This document shows, piece after piece, positions 36,656-49,657 of a stretch of 64,000 bases of DNA. The stretch comes from the human T2T-CHM13v2.0 reference genome, Homo sapiens. The DNA is taken from the NCBI RefSeq assembly GCF_009914755.1, contig NC_060934.1, one strand, 5' to 3'. The position numbers and the translations under genes were made by a program. The first letter of the stretch is position 1. Every line of letters starts with the position of its first letter. The notes below the pieces were generated by a model. That model saw only the letters and a program-made list of their open reading frames with translations, was not told the origin of the DNA and searched no databases.

Positions 36656-37510
36656 GTTATGTTTATATAAATCTGGATAAGCAGATAAGACTCATCAGGG
36701 AATTTTATAATGATAAGCCATAAAGGCCACCTGGTGACCCAGTTCCTTAGATTTGCAAACAAGAAAACCAAGGGCCAGAAAGATTATGAGTCTTACTCAA
36801 GGTCATACAGTTCCAATACAAGAGAGTGCTGAGAGTTGAGGGTGGAAGAGGGGAGGAGGTGTAACTGGGTGTTTCAGATATGTTAGCTTGGAATGTAGAC
36901 TATGGGCTATATCAAAAGGCCTGTGGGCAATGGAAAATTGACCTGATGCTTCTCCCTCACGTATTTCTGCCATAGAAGCAGAAGGAAAATTGACCCCATA
37001 GATGAAGGAGTTATATGATGAATTGTGTTCAAAGAACCATGTTGACAGAGAGAGTTATCTTTTAATACACAGAAAAATCCTAAGGAGAATTAAAACACGG
37101 AATAGGTAGATATCAAAGCATTTACTCTCTCCTTAACCATAGGCAATGCTTCTGCCCCTCTTTTTGGCTTTAGTTACTCAATAGTACTTATATTCTATTA
37201 TCTTCTCACTTAACACCCTGCAAATGTCCTCTCCTGACATTAACCTGAGTTAATAGAAGGCTTTATGTCTCATGAATCCTGTCTACAGTCAAGTGGGAAC
37301 AGTAGTCACTGAACATGGGTCAATGTGAGTCAGAAGAGCTCACTACAGGACACTGACAGAACAATTCTGGAGGAAGGATTTATGCAAGATTTATGCACAG
37401 GGCACAGACACAGAAAAAAGTTGTCAAAGATTGGACTTGAGGACATGTCTGCAAGCAAATTTCCAGAGATTTTAGAGCAGCTCAAGAATCTCTCATCAAG
37501 AATTAGAATT

Positions 37511-38030
37511 TGGATCAGTTAGCTATTGCTGTGTAACAAGTTATCTCAAATTCAGTGGCTTAAAACAACAGTCATTTATTATTATAGTGTGCATATCTGT
37601 GGATCAGCTTGGTGTTCCTAATAAAGATTGGTTTGGTTCATCTCCATTGGGCTTACTCTTGTGTCTAAGGGTTGTGTGGGAGCTCCACTCTGAGTTGGAT
37701 TTAGTTGAGGCATCTTGGTTGTAACAGCTCAGGATTCTCCCATCCTCTTGTTGACATCAGCATCTAAGCCCAGGTACATCTTTCCTATAGTGATGGCAGA
37801 AGCTAAAGAGACCAAGCAGAAACACATGATGTCTCTCGAGGCCCAAGCTTGGAGCTGACATACTAAATCTCTTCCTCATTAGGTTGGTCAGAGTCACAGG
37901 CTTGAGCCCAAATTCAAGGAATAGGAACATAGACTCTGCTTCTTTAGCAGCACAAACCTCAAAGTCACATGATGGAAGTGTGAATAGAAGGAAAGGTGAG
38001 GAATTTGAATCATTCATGTGATCTACTGTA
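37511..38030 (-). mobile_element. Solo MLT1 LTR (MLT1G/H-like)
   Basis: tcagttagctattgctgtgtaacaag...cagtggcttaaaacaaca...gagcccaaattcaagg...caaagtcacat...atctac. Confidence 0.75.
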
Positions 38031-38045
38031 GGAGCTTAGAAAGAC

Positions 38046-38214
38046 CAGTGGTTTTTAAACATTTAAAAATCAATAGACCATTTTGCAAGTAAAGTAAAAA
38101 AGAATGCAAACTCTCGTGACACAAATCCATTGTGTGAAAAACACTGCGTATACATCTCTGGGGTTTATTAATCCTTTGAGGTTTATCCATAGGCCTCAAA
38201 TTTAAAAATCTTTG
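38046..38214 (+). mobile_element. hAT-Charlie MITE (Charlie4z-like)
   Basis: Degenerate TIRs cagtggtttttaaac / tttaaaaatctttg; ~170 bp; body ...tatccataggcctca... Confidence 0.45.
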
Positions 38215-39149
38215 CTGAGAGGGTCAAGTTGGTTGACTAAGGAGTGACATTATATTTCCATATAGAGAGAGGGACACCTGCCTGCCAGAGACCCCAGGAG
38301 GTCTTTTTTGGTATGAGATGTGCTAGTCTATTGAGAACAGAAATTTTTCTTTCATGGGGTTAAAAGTATTGTGACCCAACAGTGTAAGATCCAGTGCCAA
38401 AGTGTGTACCGAAGGAAGAGCTCTGTGTGGGTGGGTGTTCTAGAATGAACCACTTAAATCCTTTCTTGGCAGTATTTTCATTAAATACAATACTTTATAA
38501 ATTCTAACTTTATTGCTTCATTAGCATAGTGACAGGAAGTTATATTTCAGTTTTCCAAATAAGATTATTTGTCTCTCTTTAATAGCCTACTGCTTCTGAA
38601 GGGGACTTAAGCAGTGAGAGGCAGTGCAGCCTGCAGAACAGGTGGCAGAAGCTAGTTCTTAAAGAAATGGACTCCCCTAGGCAGTCCCTCTTCTCCCTAA
38701 GTCCTACTCCACCACCTCACCCTGGCCAGCCAAGGAAACGATGAGTGGGTCCAGAGATCTGCCAGTGAGGGGCTACTGTTTACTTGACAAAGAAAACTTG
38801 AACAAGTCCAGTGAACCTGTAAGGATACCTGGTGGATGAATAGCTCTCAATAAATACATTAGTTTGTCTATTTTCAGTGAATTGACCCCAAATAATATCC
38901 ATTTGCTTTATTCACCTTCTTTCAGCTAAGTTAAAACAGATGGATTGTTCATGAAGATGTCAGTTTAAAAGGCAGAGAACCTCAATAAACTGACTTAGAA
39001 AAACAAAGTAGGGGTGGTTCAGTGACAATACTCAGTCATTTACCATCTGATATGGGAATTGCCTTATCTATAGAACCATAACTCAAGGTAGAAACATTTG
39101 CTTCTTCCGGTGCTCATTCTGTTTGCAGTTCTTTCATGTCCATGTTCTT

Positions 39150-39270
39150 CCCTAGATCATCTGTACCACAGAGGGTTGAAACTGAAGCAGCTTTTATTTC
39201 CTGTAGTATTTCTTGCACCTAGCATAGTGTGCAGCTCACAGTGGGTACTCAATAAGTTTGTCAGATGAAC
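39150..39270 (+). mobile_element. L2 3' end
   Basis: gcacctagcatagtgtgcagctcacagtgggtactcaataagtttg. Confidence 0.65.
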
Positions 39271-40293
39271 AAAAAAAAAATTCTTCAAAAGCACTTTGGA
39301 CAGTCCCTTCCCTGTACTAAGAACCTTATTGCATATTATCCATTTAAAGCACTAATGAATTGGTATTTATAACTAAGATCACTCTCCCTGGCTTTTGAAT
39401 ATTTTCAGGATTCCTTGGGGAGGAATATAAACTTAAAAATGGTGATATTATAATAGCATAATTCCGAGTCAAAAATTTTATAATGAAACTGAATCTAACC
39501 AAGGATTTAAAATGTGAATTTGAAAGCTGTTTTCCCACAGAAGCTTTATATGGTGAAAATATTTTTAAGGATTTTTTTTTCTTTTGACTCAGTGTTTAAC
39601 CAGGAAATTCTAACATGTTCTACTTTACATAAAAAGTTGAGCTTATTATTAACAATAAGAATATTAATTGCTAGTCACTGTGAACTATAATGCTGTCTAG
39701 CCTTTGAGATGTACAATTAATTATTATCACTTTTTTGTTTTTATTTTAATTAAGCACTTATGCAGCACTTTACATATTTGATGTATTTTGTAACCATTAA
39801 CCACAGAATTAATGCACAAACATAAATTATACATGTTCAGGAAAAAAAAAGAACCATCTTAAATTATGAATAAAGAAGCTGTTAAGTTTGTGTAGTTTTT
39901 CTTTTTGGGGAGAAAATTTTGCCCCTATACAATAGGAGGCTCAAAACATATTTTCCTATTGAGAATGGCAGAGCTAGTAAAGGTTAACTAATAGTTTTAC
40001 AAGAACTTGTGACAGATATTAAAAAATGGATACAACTTTTTAAAAATATCTGCTATTTTAAGGGACACAGGTTTTCAAAGGCTAAATGGTCCACAAATGG
40101 CTCAGCTCCCCTTGTGCAGCAGAGGAACAACTGGAAGTGGGATGCAGAGATGGGCTTTATAAGGGTTTTGAGCATGAAGCCCAGAGAGGTAGAGCTCAGG
40201 GTTACTGAGCTGGCGAGTGTGCCTTGAGCCCAGGCAGCCTGCTTTGTGGACTCTGGAAGGAAAAGCAAAAGTTGTCCAAAGCAACTGTACTGT

Positions 40294-40936
40294 TGAAGTG
40301 GCTTTGTTGTCTGGGGTAAATACCCAGGGTTCATCGTCTCATGCCAAGAAGATTTAGGACAGGGACACACACGAGGAGTGAGTTTAGGAGCAGAGGTTTA
40401 ATAGGCAAAAGAAAGAGAAAGGAGAACAGCTCTCTCTCTTTTGTGAGAGAGAGGGGCATCTGAAAGGGAAAAGCCAGCCTATGGAGGACCCCAGCAGATT
40501 GTATAAGCAGTCTTGAGGAGGTGGTGTCTGCTTTACATAGGGCCCACAGATTGGTTCCACCAGGTGTGATGTTTACATAGTAGGAAGGCTGTGGCCCCAC
40601 CCTAATCTTATTATGTAAATAGGCTTTCCACTTGGCCAGTGACATCTTGTGTGCTCCTTACTGTACTTGTGGCTGTCAAAGAGAAGGGAAGTTGGAGCCG
40701 CCATTTTTTTGATCATGCCTAGTCCCAGGTAGCCTTTTCCTATAGGCACAACAGCCAGCATTCACCCATGTAAGCTTCCAGCTTACTTGTCTTTGTCTGC
40801 AGCTCGATTTTACAGGCTACTCTTTGTTAGAAAATAAAATGATTTGGGGGCTCCTTTTCATTAAAAGGAAAACCTTACCAAGGACTTCCTTATGCTCACT
40901 ATCTGCCTGAATAATTGCTTTTTAATTCCTATATCA
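40294..40936 (-). mobile_element. Solo ERV1 LTR, LTR9/LTR9B-like, 643 bp
   Basis: Reverse strand starts TGATATAGGAATT...AGGCAGATAGTGAG and ends TATTTACCCCAGACAACAAAGCCACTTCA; perfect 4-bp TSD CTGT (40290-40293 / 40937-40940). Confidence 0.85.
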
Positions 40937-41009
40937 CTGTGAGGAGACTGGCATTGACTGGCTGACAACAGTTCTTGGCGCTACCTTCCTAAGCTAATAG
41001 AAACCATTG

Positions 41010-41240
41010 TGAGAGGTAAAATGTGGCCTCTGGAACCCAGGACTGCCTGGGTTCAGTTATCTGGATTGATGAAACAAGTTTCTTAACTTCTCAGAACCTC
41101 AGTTTCCTCATCTGTAAATTGGGAGCAATAATTGTACATACTTCATAGGGTTGGTGTGAACATGAAATGAATTAATTCATGTGAAGCACTTTAAACAGTG
41201 GCTGATATATAGTAAATTGTCGGTCAACGATAGTCTTATT
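41010..41240 (+). mobile_element. MIR SINE, near full length
   Basis: cctcagtttcctcatctgtaaattggg...cttcatagggttggtgtga...gtgaagcactttaaacagtg. Confidence 0.85.
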
Positions 41241-41809
41241 TGTTACTATTTCTGGCAAAACTAGGACATCATTTGGACAGGATTGTATCAGAGGTCCCTG
41301 ACATTAGGGTGCCTCCTTGAGGAGGAAGATGGTCCTGCTCTAGTAGGGATCAGAGGCAGGTACCAAGTTAGTGTGCTGGTCATTACCATGGATGCTGCAA
41401 ACATGAAGTGTATGCAGAAGAGGAGACTCAGTACAAGTAAAGCAATGGAAATATCCTAAATGAAGAGCTTTGAAGGGACTGGGGACATTGTGATCAGAGA
41501 AGAACAAACTTCCCACGTTCATCTAGGCTGCCTCCAGAGACGTGAAGGAACTAGAGTTGTCACATGACCCCAGGAAGCCAATGAGACCTCTGCATATGGA
41601 ATCATACAGTCTGGTACTTGGGGCAGAGCACCCAATACATTTTTGTTGAATGGAGGAATTAATATATGAGTAAATAAATCTGGATGAGAAAGAAATTTCT
41701 CACAGCCAGCACCATTGAAAAAGTATGAACCCTGTTACTCATTTTTTGTCATGGACATTTGTCATGTCATTTTTTCTTTGTCATGGGCAAAAAATAGTAT
41801 AAGAGAGAA

Positions 41810-42000
41810 CAGTGAGTAAGATTTGGACACTTTGGAGTCAGGCAGACCTGGGCTAAAATTTGGCCACCTACACTTAAAAGCTACTTGACCTTGGGAATTG
41901 CACCTAACCCTTCTCATGTAGAGCTTTCTAGTCTAAAATGTTTATGTTATCTGTGCCAATCTCATAGGGTGGCTGTGAAGATTGCATGACATAATGCATG
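41810..42000 (+). mobile_element. MIR SINE
   Basis: tttggagtcaggcagacctggg...tgaccttggg...ctcatagggtggctgtgaagatt. Confidence 0.7.
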
Positions 42001-42300
42001 CACCATACAAGTCAATACATGATAATTGTGAGAGCAATGAGAGTAGTGAGAGAAAATGCAGGTCAAAGATTGTATAGATGCAGCATGGGAATCACACAAG
42101 AGATGGCACTGAACAGCTTTTTGGTTTCCTTTCAAATTGTAGGTTCTGTGCTTCCATTCACTGTTAATTCTATATTCTTTCTAAGAAACCTTTGAGAGTA
42201 GTGCATGTCTGTGTATTAAAGGGAGAGGGGGATATCCTTCTGTTAATAAGGAACGCAGCCTCTGGTCAGAAAAAAGAATGGGAATAGTAAGTGCGTATAA

Positions 42301-42365
42301 GGAGGGATTACATCTGAAACCTTGGTTTCATTGGCACTGTACTCTAACCACCAAGCTAACCAGCC
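42301..42365 (-). pseudogene. Decayed tRNA-Ile(AAT)-like sequence, probably the head of an ancient tRNA-derived SINE (MamSINE1-like)
   Basis: Reverse strand ggctggttagcttggtggttagagtacagtgccaatgaaaccaaggtttcagatgtaatccc aligns to GGCCGGTTAGCTCAGTTGGTTAGAGCGTGGTGCTAATAACGCCAAGGTCGCGGGTTCGATCCC; B-box destroyed. Confidence 0.55.
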
Positions 42366-42508
42366 ACAGACTCAACCAGTAGACACCAGAGGTTAAAAAG
42401 AAGAGAGCGAAGAGTGGTTTCCTGGCATACATGCGCTTACCTGGCAAGCTCTGGGGCACTCTGAACATGGTTGTTCTCCATGGTTTCCCTGTTTCTAGCC
42501 CAAGTTCA

Positions 42509-42914
<406 letters not shown>

Positions 42915-43726
42915 CTAGGCTCCAAGCTGAAGCTTCTGATAGTGCTCCCAATATCCCTCACAACCTGTTCTAAGTGGTCCTAGAGTGAGGCATGCAGGTC
43001 CACCATGGCAGGGTACCAAGAGGTGGTGGAAGGAGAAACTTTCTCATAGCCATGTCTGGGCCTCCATGTTGCATAATTCCAGAAAGTGCCATTGTCATTG
43101 TGATTATTGCTGCAGCAGCCCTTGCCAGCAAGGACGCCTCCAAAGTTATTACATACCTTGCCCCCAGAGATGGCCCATTGGAGACTGGGAGACCTCCAGG
43201 GTAATGTGACCTTGTTAATCATCATGATCAGTTATGATGATTACAGGGATTGTTGGCTGTCCTCAACCCAAAACTTTTTTGGATGCTAAAACATTTTAAG
43301 ACATAGCTCTTTCCTTCCTTCTAGGAACTTACATTCTCTCTAGGGAGAGGACTCAGTTAAGATATTATAACTAAATGCCATCACAGTTGTACAGGGAGTG
43401 CATTAAGTATTATCTTAGGAAGTAAAATGTTACTTTCTTAATCTATCCAAGACTAGAATAAAGAGTATACCTATGATACTCAGCACGTTTGGAGAGAAAT
43501 GCTCATTAACTAAATCTTATCCACAAAGAGCGTCTTTTAACCCATAGTTGATAAGTCTTGAGCAAGTGCAGCCTGGTACACACAGCTTCTTTGCAGAATC
43601 TAAGGTGGTGAGTAAAACACATGAGAAGAGAGTCAAGATGGATTTGTTGACTTTTACATGTTTTAGCCTACTGAGGAAGATTTGGGAGCAGACTCCCAAT
43701 ATTCAAGTGGGGAATTACTTCTAACA

Positions 43727-44056
43727 CAGTGAAGTTAGTTTGGGGGACATTTTGAGGATCTCAGTAAACTACAGATTCTTCTCCCCAGAAAAAAGTTACA
43801 TGTGCATATGTTTGCACATAAGTAAATATCTCACATGTGCCTGTACACACAGATACTTCTCCCCAGAAAAAGTTATATGTGCATATGTTTGTACATAAGT
43901 AAATATATCACATGTGCCTGTACACACAGATACTTCTCCCCAGAAAAAGTTATATGTGCATATGTTTGTACATAAGTAAATATATCACATGTGCCTGTAC
44001 GCACATGCAGGTGTTATTACACACAAAATCCTGTTCATAGACCCTGGGATTCCAGG
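43727..44056 (+). mobile_element. hAT-Charlie MITE (Charlie4z-like) hosting the VNTR
   Basis: ggggacattttgaggatctc...ctccccagaaaaa...cacacaaaat...ttcatagaccc matches the recalled Charlie4z layout. Confidence 0.4.
43771..44002. repeat. 77-bp tandem repeat, 3 copies
   Basis: Copies start at 43771 (78 bp), 43849 and 43926; unit acagatacttctccccagaaaaagttatatgtgcatatgtttgtacataagtaaatatatcacatgtgcctgtacac. Confidence 0.95.
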
Positions 44057-45289
44057 GATTTTATATACAGAACCCATGTGTAATATGTCCTTTATTTCTT
44101 GGAAATTAGTCTCCTGCTGTTTTTTGGGTGAAGATTTTGCATCTGCAACTTGTTTGGAAGCTTCCCAAGAATAGGAACCTCATTTTCCTTTCTAGCACAT
44201 TGGTACCTGGTGCAGTGCCGAATGCAGGGGTGTTTAACAACTTTAAGCCAAATGAGTAAGTATCAAAAGGCTGATTCCCAAGTCAGACCCAAAACTAGCA
44301 TTTAAGAAAAAATATGTTTTGATATGCTTTTCTCTTCTCACAGAAGGTACTCACTGGATGAGCGGGACCTTTCAGCAACTCTGCTTAAGGGAGGACAAAA
44401 ATTTCTTCACTCTAAAAAAATCTAAAACCTGGCTCAAAAAGGAATTTTCAAACCAGGGAGAAATAGTCTCAAACATGCAAACAAACGTCATGAAACATCC
44501 AAATAGAATGACTTTAAAGGACACAAGTGCCAAGAATGCTAAGGAGTTGGAGAAAGCCACTTTGGGAAGGCCTTTGGGGGGCTCTCCCACAGAGTTCCCT
44601 GCAGTGCCCTGGTCACATGGGCTTGACTTGGGCATGTGTCTGCCTCCTTGTTCTTGGCCAACTATCCCCTCAGCCAAAACTAATTGGGACACAAGGAATG
44701 TTCTGAGGGAGGGTGAATGTTATAACTGGCCCCTTTATGAGACTTCCTGGAAGCCTGGTGGTGCTCCAGTCCCAGGGCTGGGATACACAGGCTGGGCAAG
44801 CCTTTGTCATGAGCCTGTAGGCCCTTCCAGTTCATGGCTCAGTCCAGGAAAGTGGAAAATGCCTTTGAGACCATTAGGCACAGCTCAGAGAAGACAGGGT
44901 GGGAATGCCGCAGAGGCCAGATCCTTCTGATGAAGGGCAGGCTTAGGGTCACTGATCTGGCATGAAATGAAAGATGCCTACTGACTAGTTCAACCAAACA
45001 AAAACAGGCCTCTTGTGGTGGAGAGAAGTGAGGAGAATTCAGCTTTCCAGCTGCCCAGATCTGCCCTTTTGGGTCCGGGCCAGGGAGGATTTAGCCGCCA
45101 GGGGCAGAGATGCTGACGTACTCATCTGCATTTCTGCCAACCCTGGGCTCTCAGTCAACCCCTTTTAAGGCATATTTGTGATGATTTGACTTCTCAGAGT
45201 CTGGAAGACCAGGGTTTTGTGGCTCATATTAAGTGTGAAGGCTTGGGCAAAGAATCTACTTCAGCAATATGGTTTATTCCCCATTTGTG

Positions 45290-45525
45290 AATTCAATCAT
45301 CATTTATTGAACATTGGCTTTGAACAAAAATGAACAAAATTCAATTCTTTCCCTTTAGGCATGTACAGTCTGGAGGGAGCATATGATTACATGCCCAAGC
45401 AACTGCAATTGCAGAACATGACGATGTTTCCAGAAATGACAATGGAGGACACAGAGGAAAGGGTGCACATTTTAATTATAAAAATCAGAAAGGCTTCATA
45501 GAGGAGGAGGTATTTGAACTAAAAT
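45290..45525 (-). mobile_element. L2 fragment
   Basis: catttattgaac...tacagtctggaggg...aatcagaaaggcttcatagaggaggaggtatttgaact. Confidence 0.6.
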
Positions 45526-45889
45526 TCAAATAGAAAAGTTACAGGAGAAAATTAATAGCACATGCTCTACTTAACTTTCAGCAGCTCTAAGAATGAATAT
45601 ACATATTATATAGTTACAGTCCTAAGATCTACTTGGAAAAAAAATCATTTAAGACCTCAGTCTTTGATATTGATTTGGTGTAATGGCAACATACTGATCA
45701 GCATGCTTGTCTGATGCATCCTAATAGTCTTGGATTAGCCATTCATACGGAGCCAACCAAGGCCTGCAAACATGGTATTGTCCCCTAGAAGGGCAGATAT
45801 GCAGGTGAGAGTTAAGGGTGGTGACACTGTTTTGCAGACAGAAATCTCCCACAGCTTTGCATTGAATTAATGTCTTCAATGTCCTCAAG

Positions 45890-46130
45890 GCATAGTATTT
45901 TGCAGTGGCTGACCTGAGTTTGAATTCTGGTTCTGACTGTGCTACCTATGTGACCTGTGGCAGGCTATTCAGATTCTCTGAATCAGAATTTGCTTAAGTG
46001 GGAGATGATAGCAGTGTTACAACACAGAGTGGTTGTTAGGAGTAAAAGCAGTGATGCTTGTAAAACCTCAGGCACTATCAGGCCCTCAGTACAGGTTAGC
46101 ACCCCTCCTAATGTGTTATAGAATTATGAC
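45890..46130 (+). mobile_element. MIR SINE
   Basis: gacctgagtttgaattctggttctg...tatgtgacctgtggcagg...cagagtggttgttaggagtaaa. Confidence 0.65.
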
Positions 46131-49100
46131 TATTGATATAATTAATTCAAGATACTCTTCGGCATCCCCAAACTATAATGATATTCTCTTACTTCCTACT
46201 CTGACTTCTGTTTGTATAAACTATAAACCAAACTTCATGAACTTGTATAAGTTTCATGTAAGTCTTAGCTTTATACCTAATTGAGTTACAAATGATCATG
46301 TAAAGGCTGGAGTGCCTGGGACCCTTAGCCTTCTCCTCATTCTCTCCCCTGCCAATTTCCCACTGGGGTCTCTCCTAACTATTCTCTTCTGAAAGGGCTC
46401 TCATTTAGTCAAAATAATACATTTTTACCACCCCTAGTCATCAGAATTTGGAAGTAAAGAGACCCAATGGTGGCCAAGGTTTTGATTTTTATAAGCCTAG
46501 ATCAAGCTGTGGGACTGACCAGAATTTGTACGGTATTGGGAGAGTCTACTTCTTGAGAGTTGATCCCACTTGTAGAGTAGCTGCATTTACTGGCATCATC
46601 CTGTTAATAAACTGGCTAGTGCAGACACTGCTGTCAGAGATGGGAACCTGCTGGAGATGCCCTGATAAGGGGCATCCTTGAACTCTGAGCATCTTTTTAT
46701 CAGGCATGAAGAATCCCTTGTGCTACTTGATAAAAAAGCAGATTCATGAGCCTCAGTGCCGATGGAATGGACAGGGTGGGGAATTGACATGCATGATTCT
46801 TCTCCAGGTCATTCCGATTCCCACTTACTTTGGGATTTACCCTTCAGATGGGCAAATGGAGCCATCCACCAGCATCAGGTGGTGGCCATCAACAGAAAGG
46901 TATCTGTGGAGTGAAGCTGTGGCTAGGAGGGCAGAGATTAGGCTGGAGAGCAGCTGAGGCCATGGGTAAGGAGAAGCCAGATTTCTCAAAAGGTGAGCAG
47001 TCTGGAGTGGGTTATGTTTGATGCCTAGGGGATGGCAGATACCTAAGATCAAAATGAGACAAGAGGTCATAGTCATGCTGAGTAGACACAGTAAGGAAAC
47101 AAAGAGCCAGAGCAAGCAGTGGTAAGAAGACAGGTGGCCAGACAAGAGCAAGGTACACACGTGGTCATTTCCAGAGATGTCACGGCCCTAGGGCCATTCT
47201 CAAAGCTGCTTACCCCAGCTGCTGGAGGAGAGGAAAGCAAGCTAGCAGTTGCCTAGTCGGTGAGGAATAAGACCAGCCTTGGCACTTGTTTACAAAATTA
47301 TCCAAGCCATCCTGAATCCCATTGTCTAGCCCCTGACTGTCACTCCTGTCTGACCGTGGGACATTAAACAACCCCCACCTGTCACAATGGTGCTGCGAGG
47401 AGCAGAGCCATACAACAGACAGAGTGTCCTGAACATTTTGGATATTAATCCTGATGGAAAAATCTTTAGCATTGTATGGATTAGTCAATGTAAATTCATT
47501 AACTACTTGTAATGACTGTAATATAATCTGCCCTGACTGTAAAGACTCGACAGCACAGTGTTAACCAAATTGACGCAGAAAAAAACACATTTCTGTTTAG
47601 ACTCAATGACTGCTTTACTTGCCAGAGCAGAGGCTGCAGCTTTAAGAGGAAAAAACAAAGTGCTCTTTTGAGCATCCTTGGGAGGGAGCCTCCTGTCCTC
47701 AGAAGAGCATCCCAAGTCTCCAACAGTGACAATTTGAAGATACCTTCCCTTTTCTGCAAACCACACACCCTCCACATAATGGAATCCCATCAATCTCTAG
47801 TCCCTGTCCACGAGAAGTTCACAGATAATAAAGCAGAATGTATTCTGCAGGATTGAACATTTCCTCCCAGGATGAGTAATTACCAGGTTTTAATCATGCT
47901 CATTAGCCAGCCATTAGAGTGCTGTCCAGCTTTTCACCACCAGAGACAAGACTGGAGAATGATTGTGGTCGGGGGCTGCACCTGACCTGGTGAAATACTC
48001 AACCATCTGTTCCAAGTTGTAACCCCCTCTATGAAGCACCTTGGTTTATGGCCACAGCAGCCTAAGATCTCCAGCACTGAATCTACTTGTGTATCTAGGT
48101 TGAGCCAGGCCTGAACCCACCAGAACTTGGAACAGTAAAAAGTTAGCATTCACTAAAATCAGAGGTAATCCAGCACCAACTTAGCAATCATGAGTTCTCC
48201 ACTTTAGCAGAAATATGCATTTTTTTTCTCCATAGCTTGGTGCATTAGAAGCCAGTAAAAAACTGACTTTGAAACAGATGAGTACAATGCAAATGACTAA
48301 GAACTTGTTTCTTTTCTGTTCTCAAAGCAACTGCCATTGGCTAAAACACCACCGTTCTTAGGAATGCAGAAAGAGCGAATGTTTAAGTTCAACATCGTAG
48401 CATTTGCTTGCCGTTCTCTATCTCTTCAGAATTGTACTTTGATTGTCTGTGGTGGGGCTGTCCTATAACTTTTGTTTTCATACAAATCTAAGTTTTCTTT
48501 CAGAAAAATAACTGACAGAGAGCTTCATACACAGTAGGTGCTTTATAATGTTTTGTTGAATAATGGAATGCCTCACATGTATTTTCTTAGCTAAGAATGA
48601 TAAACACAAGGTGATTTCATGTATTCCCAACATGTGAGTTTTTCTCTGTGTACCTAGGTCCAGTGCTTCCAAATGTTCTGCCCATAGTGACCAATTACCT
48701 TACCTTAGCCTTTTAATTTATAACCTGCTCATTTAGAATTTTGCCTGTGCTGCAGAAGAGCCAAAACAACAACAATAATACTATTAATAATAAAGCTTTC
48801 ACTTTTTTTCCTTGCTGCAGTAGCTATTAAATCTCTCTTCTCACTTTTGTCTCTTATGTAGACCCAGATTCTTGTTCATTCTAATTTCAATGATGAGTTT
48901 TCCTACTGTTCCTTCTTGCTCCTCCCTGAAGGAATCTTCTGTGGTGCTCAACAGAGGGTACCACATGCCCTCTGGGGCAGCTGCATAAGCTGTTATGGGG
49001 CAGCTGCATAAGCCATTGACCTCTAACTTGATACCTTCCCTTCAAGTGTGCAAAGTCCAGACAGGTGGTGAAAGTGAGCATCCCAAACATCATAGTGATG

Positions 49101-49290
49101 GTATCAGAAGAGCTCCTGAGGAAAGCATATATATTCCCATAGGTGAACAAGGGGAGGGTGCTAATTGCAAGTCAAGGAAGGGTCAATCAATGAACCAGGT
49201 AAGTAGACAACCTGAGTGGAGAGTAGCCACAGGAATCTGTATCCTACATACAAGGCTGGGTGAACCCCAGCAAAACTAGGATATAACCAC

Positions 49291-49657
49291 TGCTGTGGAA
49301 TAATAAATTGTGTCTTCCAACGTTCATATGTTGAAGACTAACCTCCACTGTGACTGTATTTGGAGATGGAGTGTTTAAGTAATCAGGGTTACATGAAGTT
49401 GTAAGTGTGGGGCCCTAATCTGATACAATTGATGGCCCTCTGAAAAGAAAAAATGATCTCTGTCTGCAAGCACGCATTGAGGAAAGACCATGTGAGGACA
49501 CCACAAGATGGTGTCAGGAATAGAGTCCTCACCAGACACCAGCCATGCTGGCACACTGATTGTGGTCTTCCAACCTCCAGAATTGTGAGAAAATAAATTT
49601 CTGTTGTTTAAGCTAACTCATGGTATTTTGTTATGGCAGCCTGAACCGACTAATACA
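49291..49657 (+). mobile_element. Solo MLT1A-like LTR
   Basis: tgctgtgg...ttcatatgttgaag...ccatgtgaggacac...cctccagaattgtgagaaaataaatttctgttgtttaag...gactaataca; no TSD visible. Confidence 0.85.

Noticed and set aside
42301-42365. Functional tRNA-Ile gene
   Set aside because: T-loop/B-box (GTTCGA) and stems are disrupted.
43771-44002. CRISPR-like array
   Set aside because: Head-to-tail repeats with no unique spacers, eukaryotic context and no cas genes. The same applies to the 18-bp repeat at 7037-7123.
44319-44930. Longest ORF (203 aa)
   Set aside because: Starts at TTG, has no recognisable domain and no promoter or exon context. An ORF of this length can arise by chance in 64 kb x 6 frames.
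45095-45110. CTCF motif CCGCCAGGGGCAG (also a similar string at ~45782)
   Set aside because: Spacing is one base off the core consensus, so a key position mismatches.
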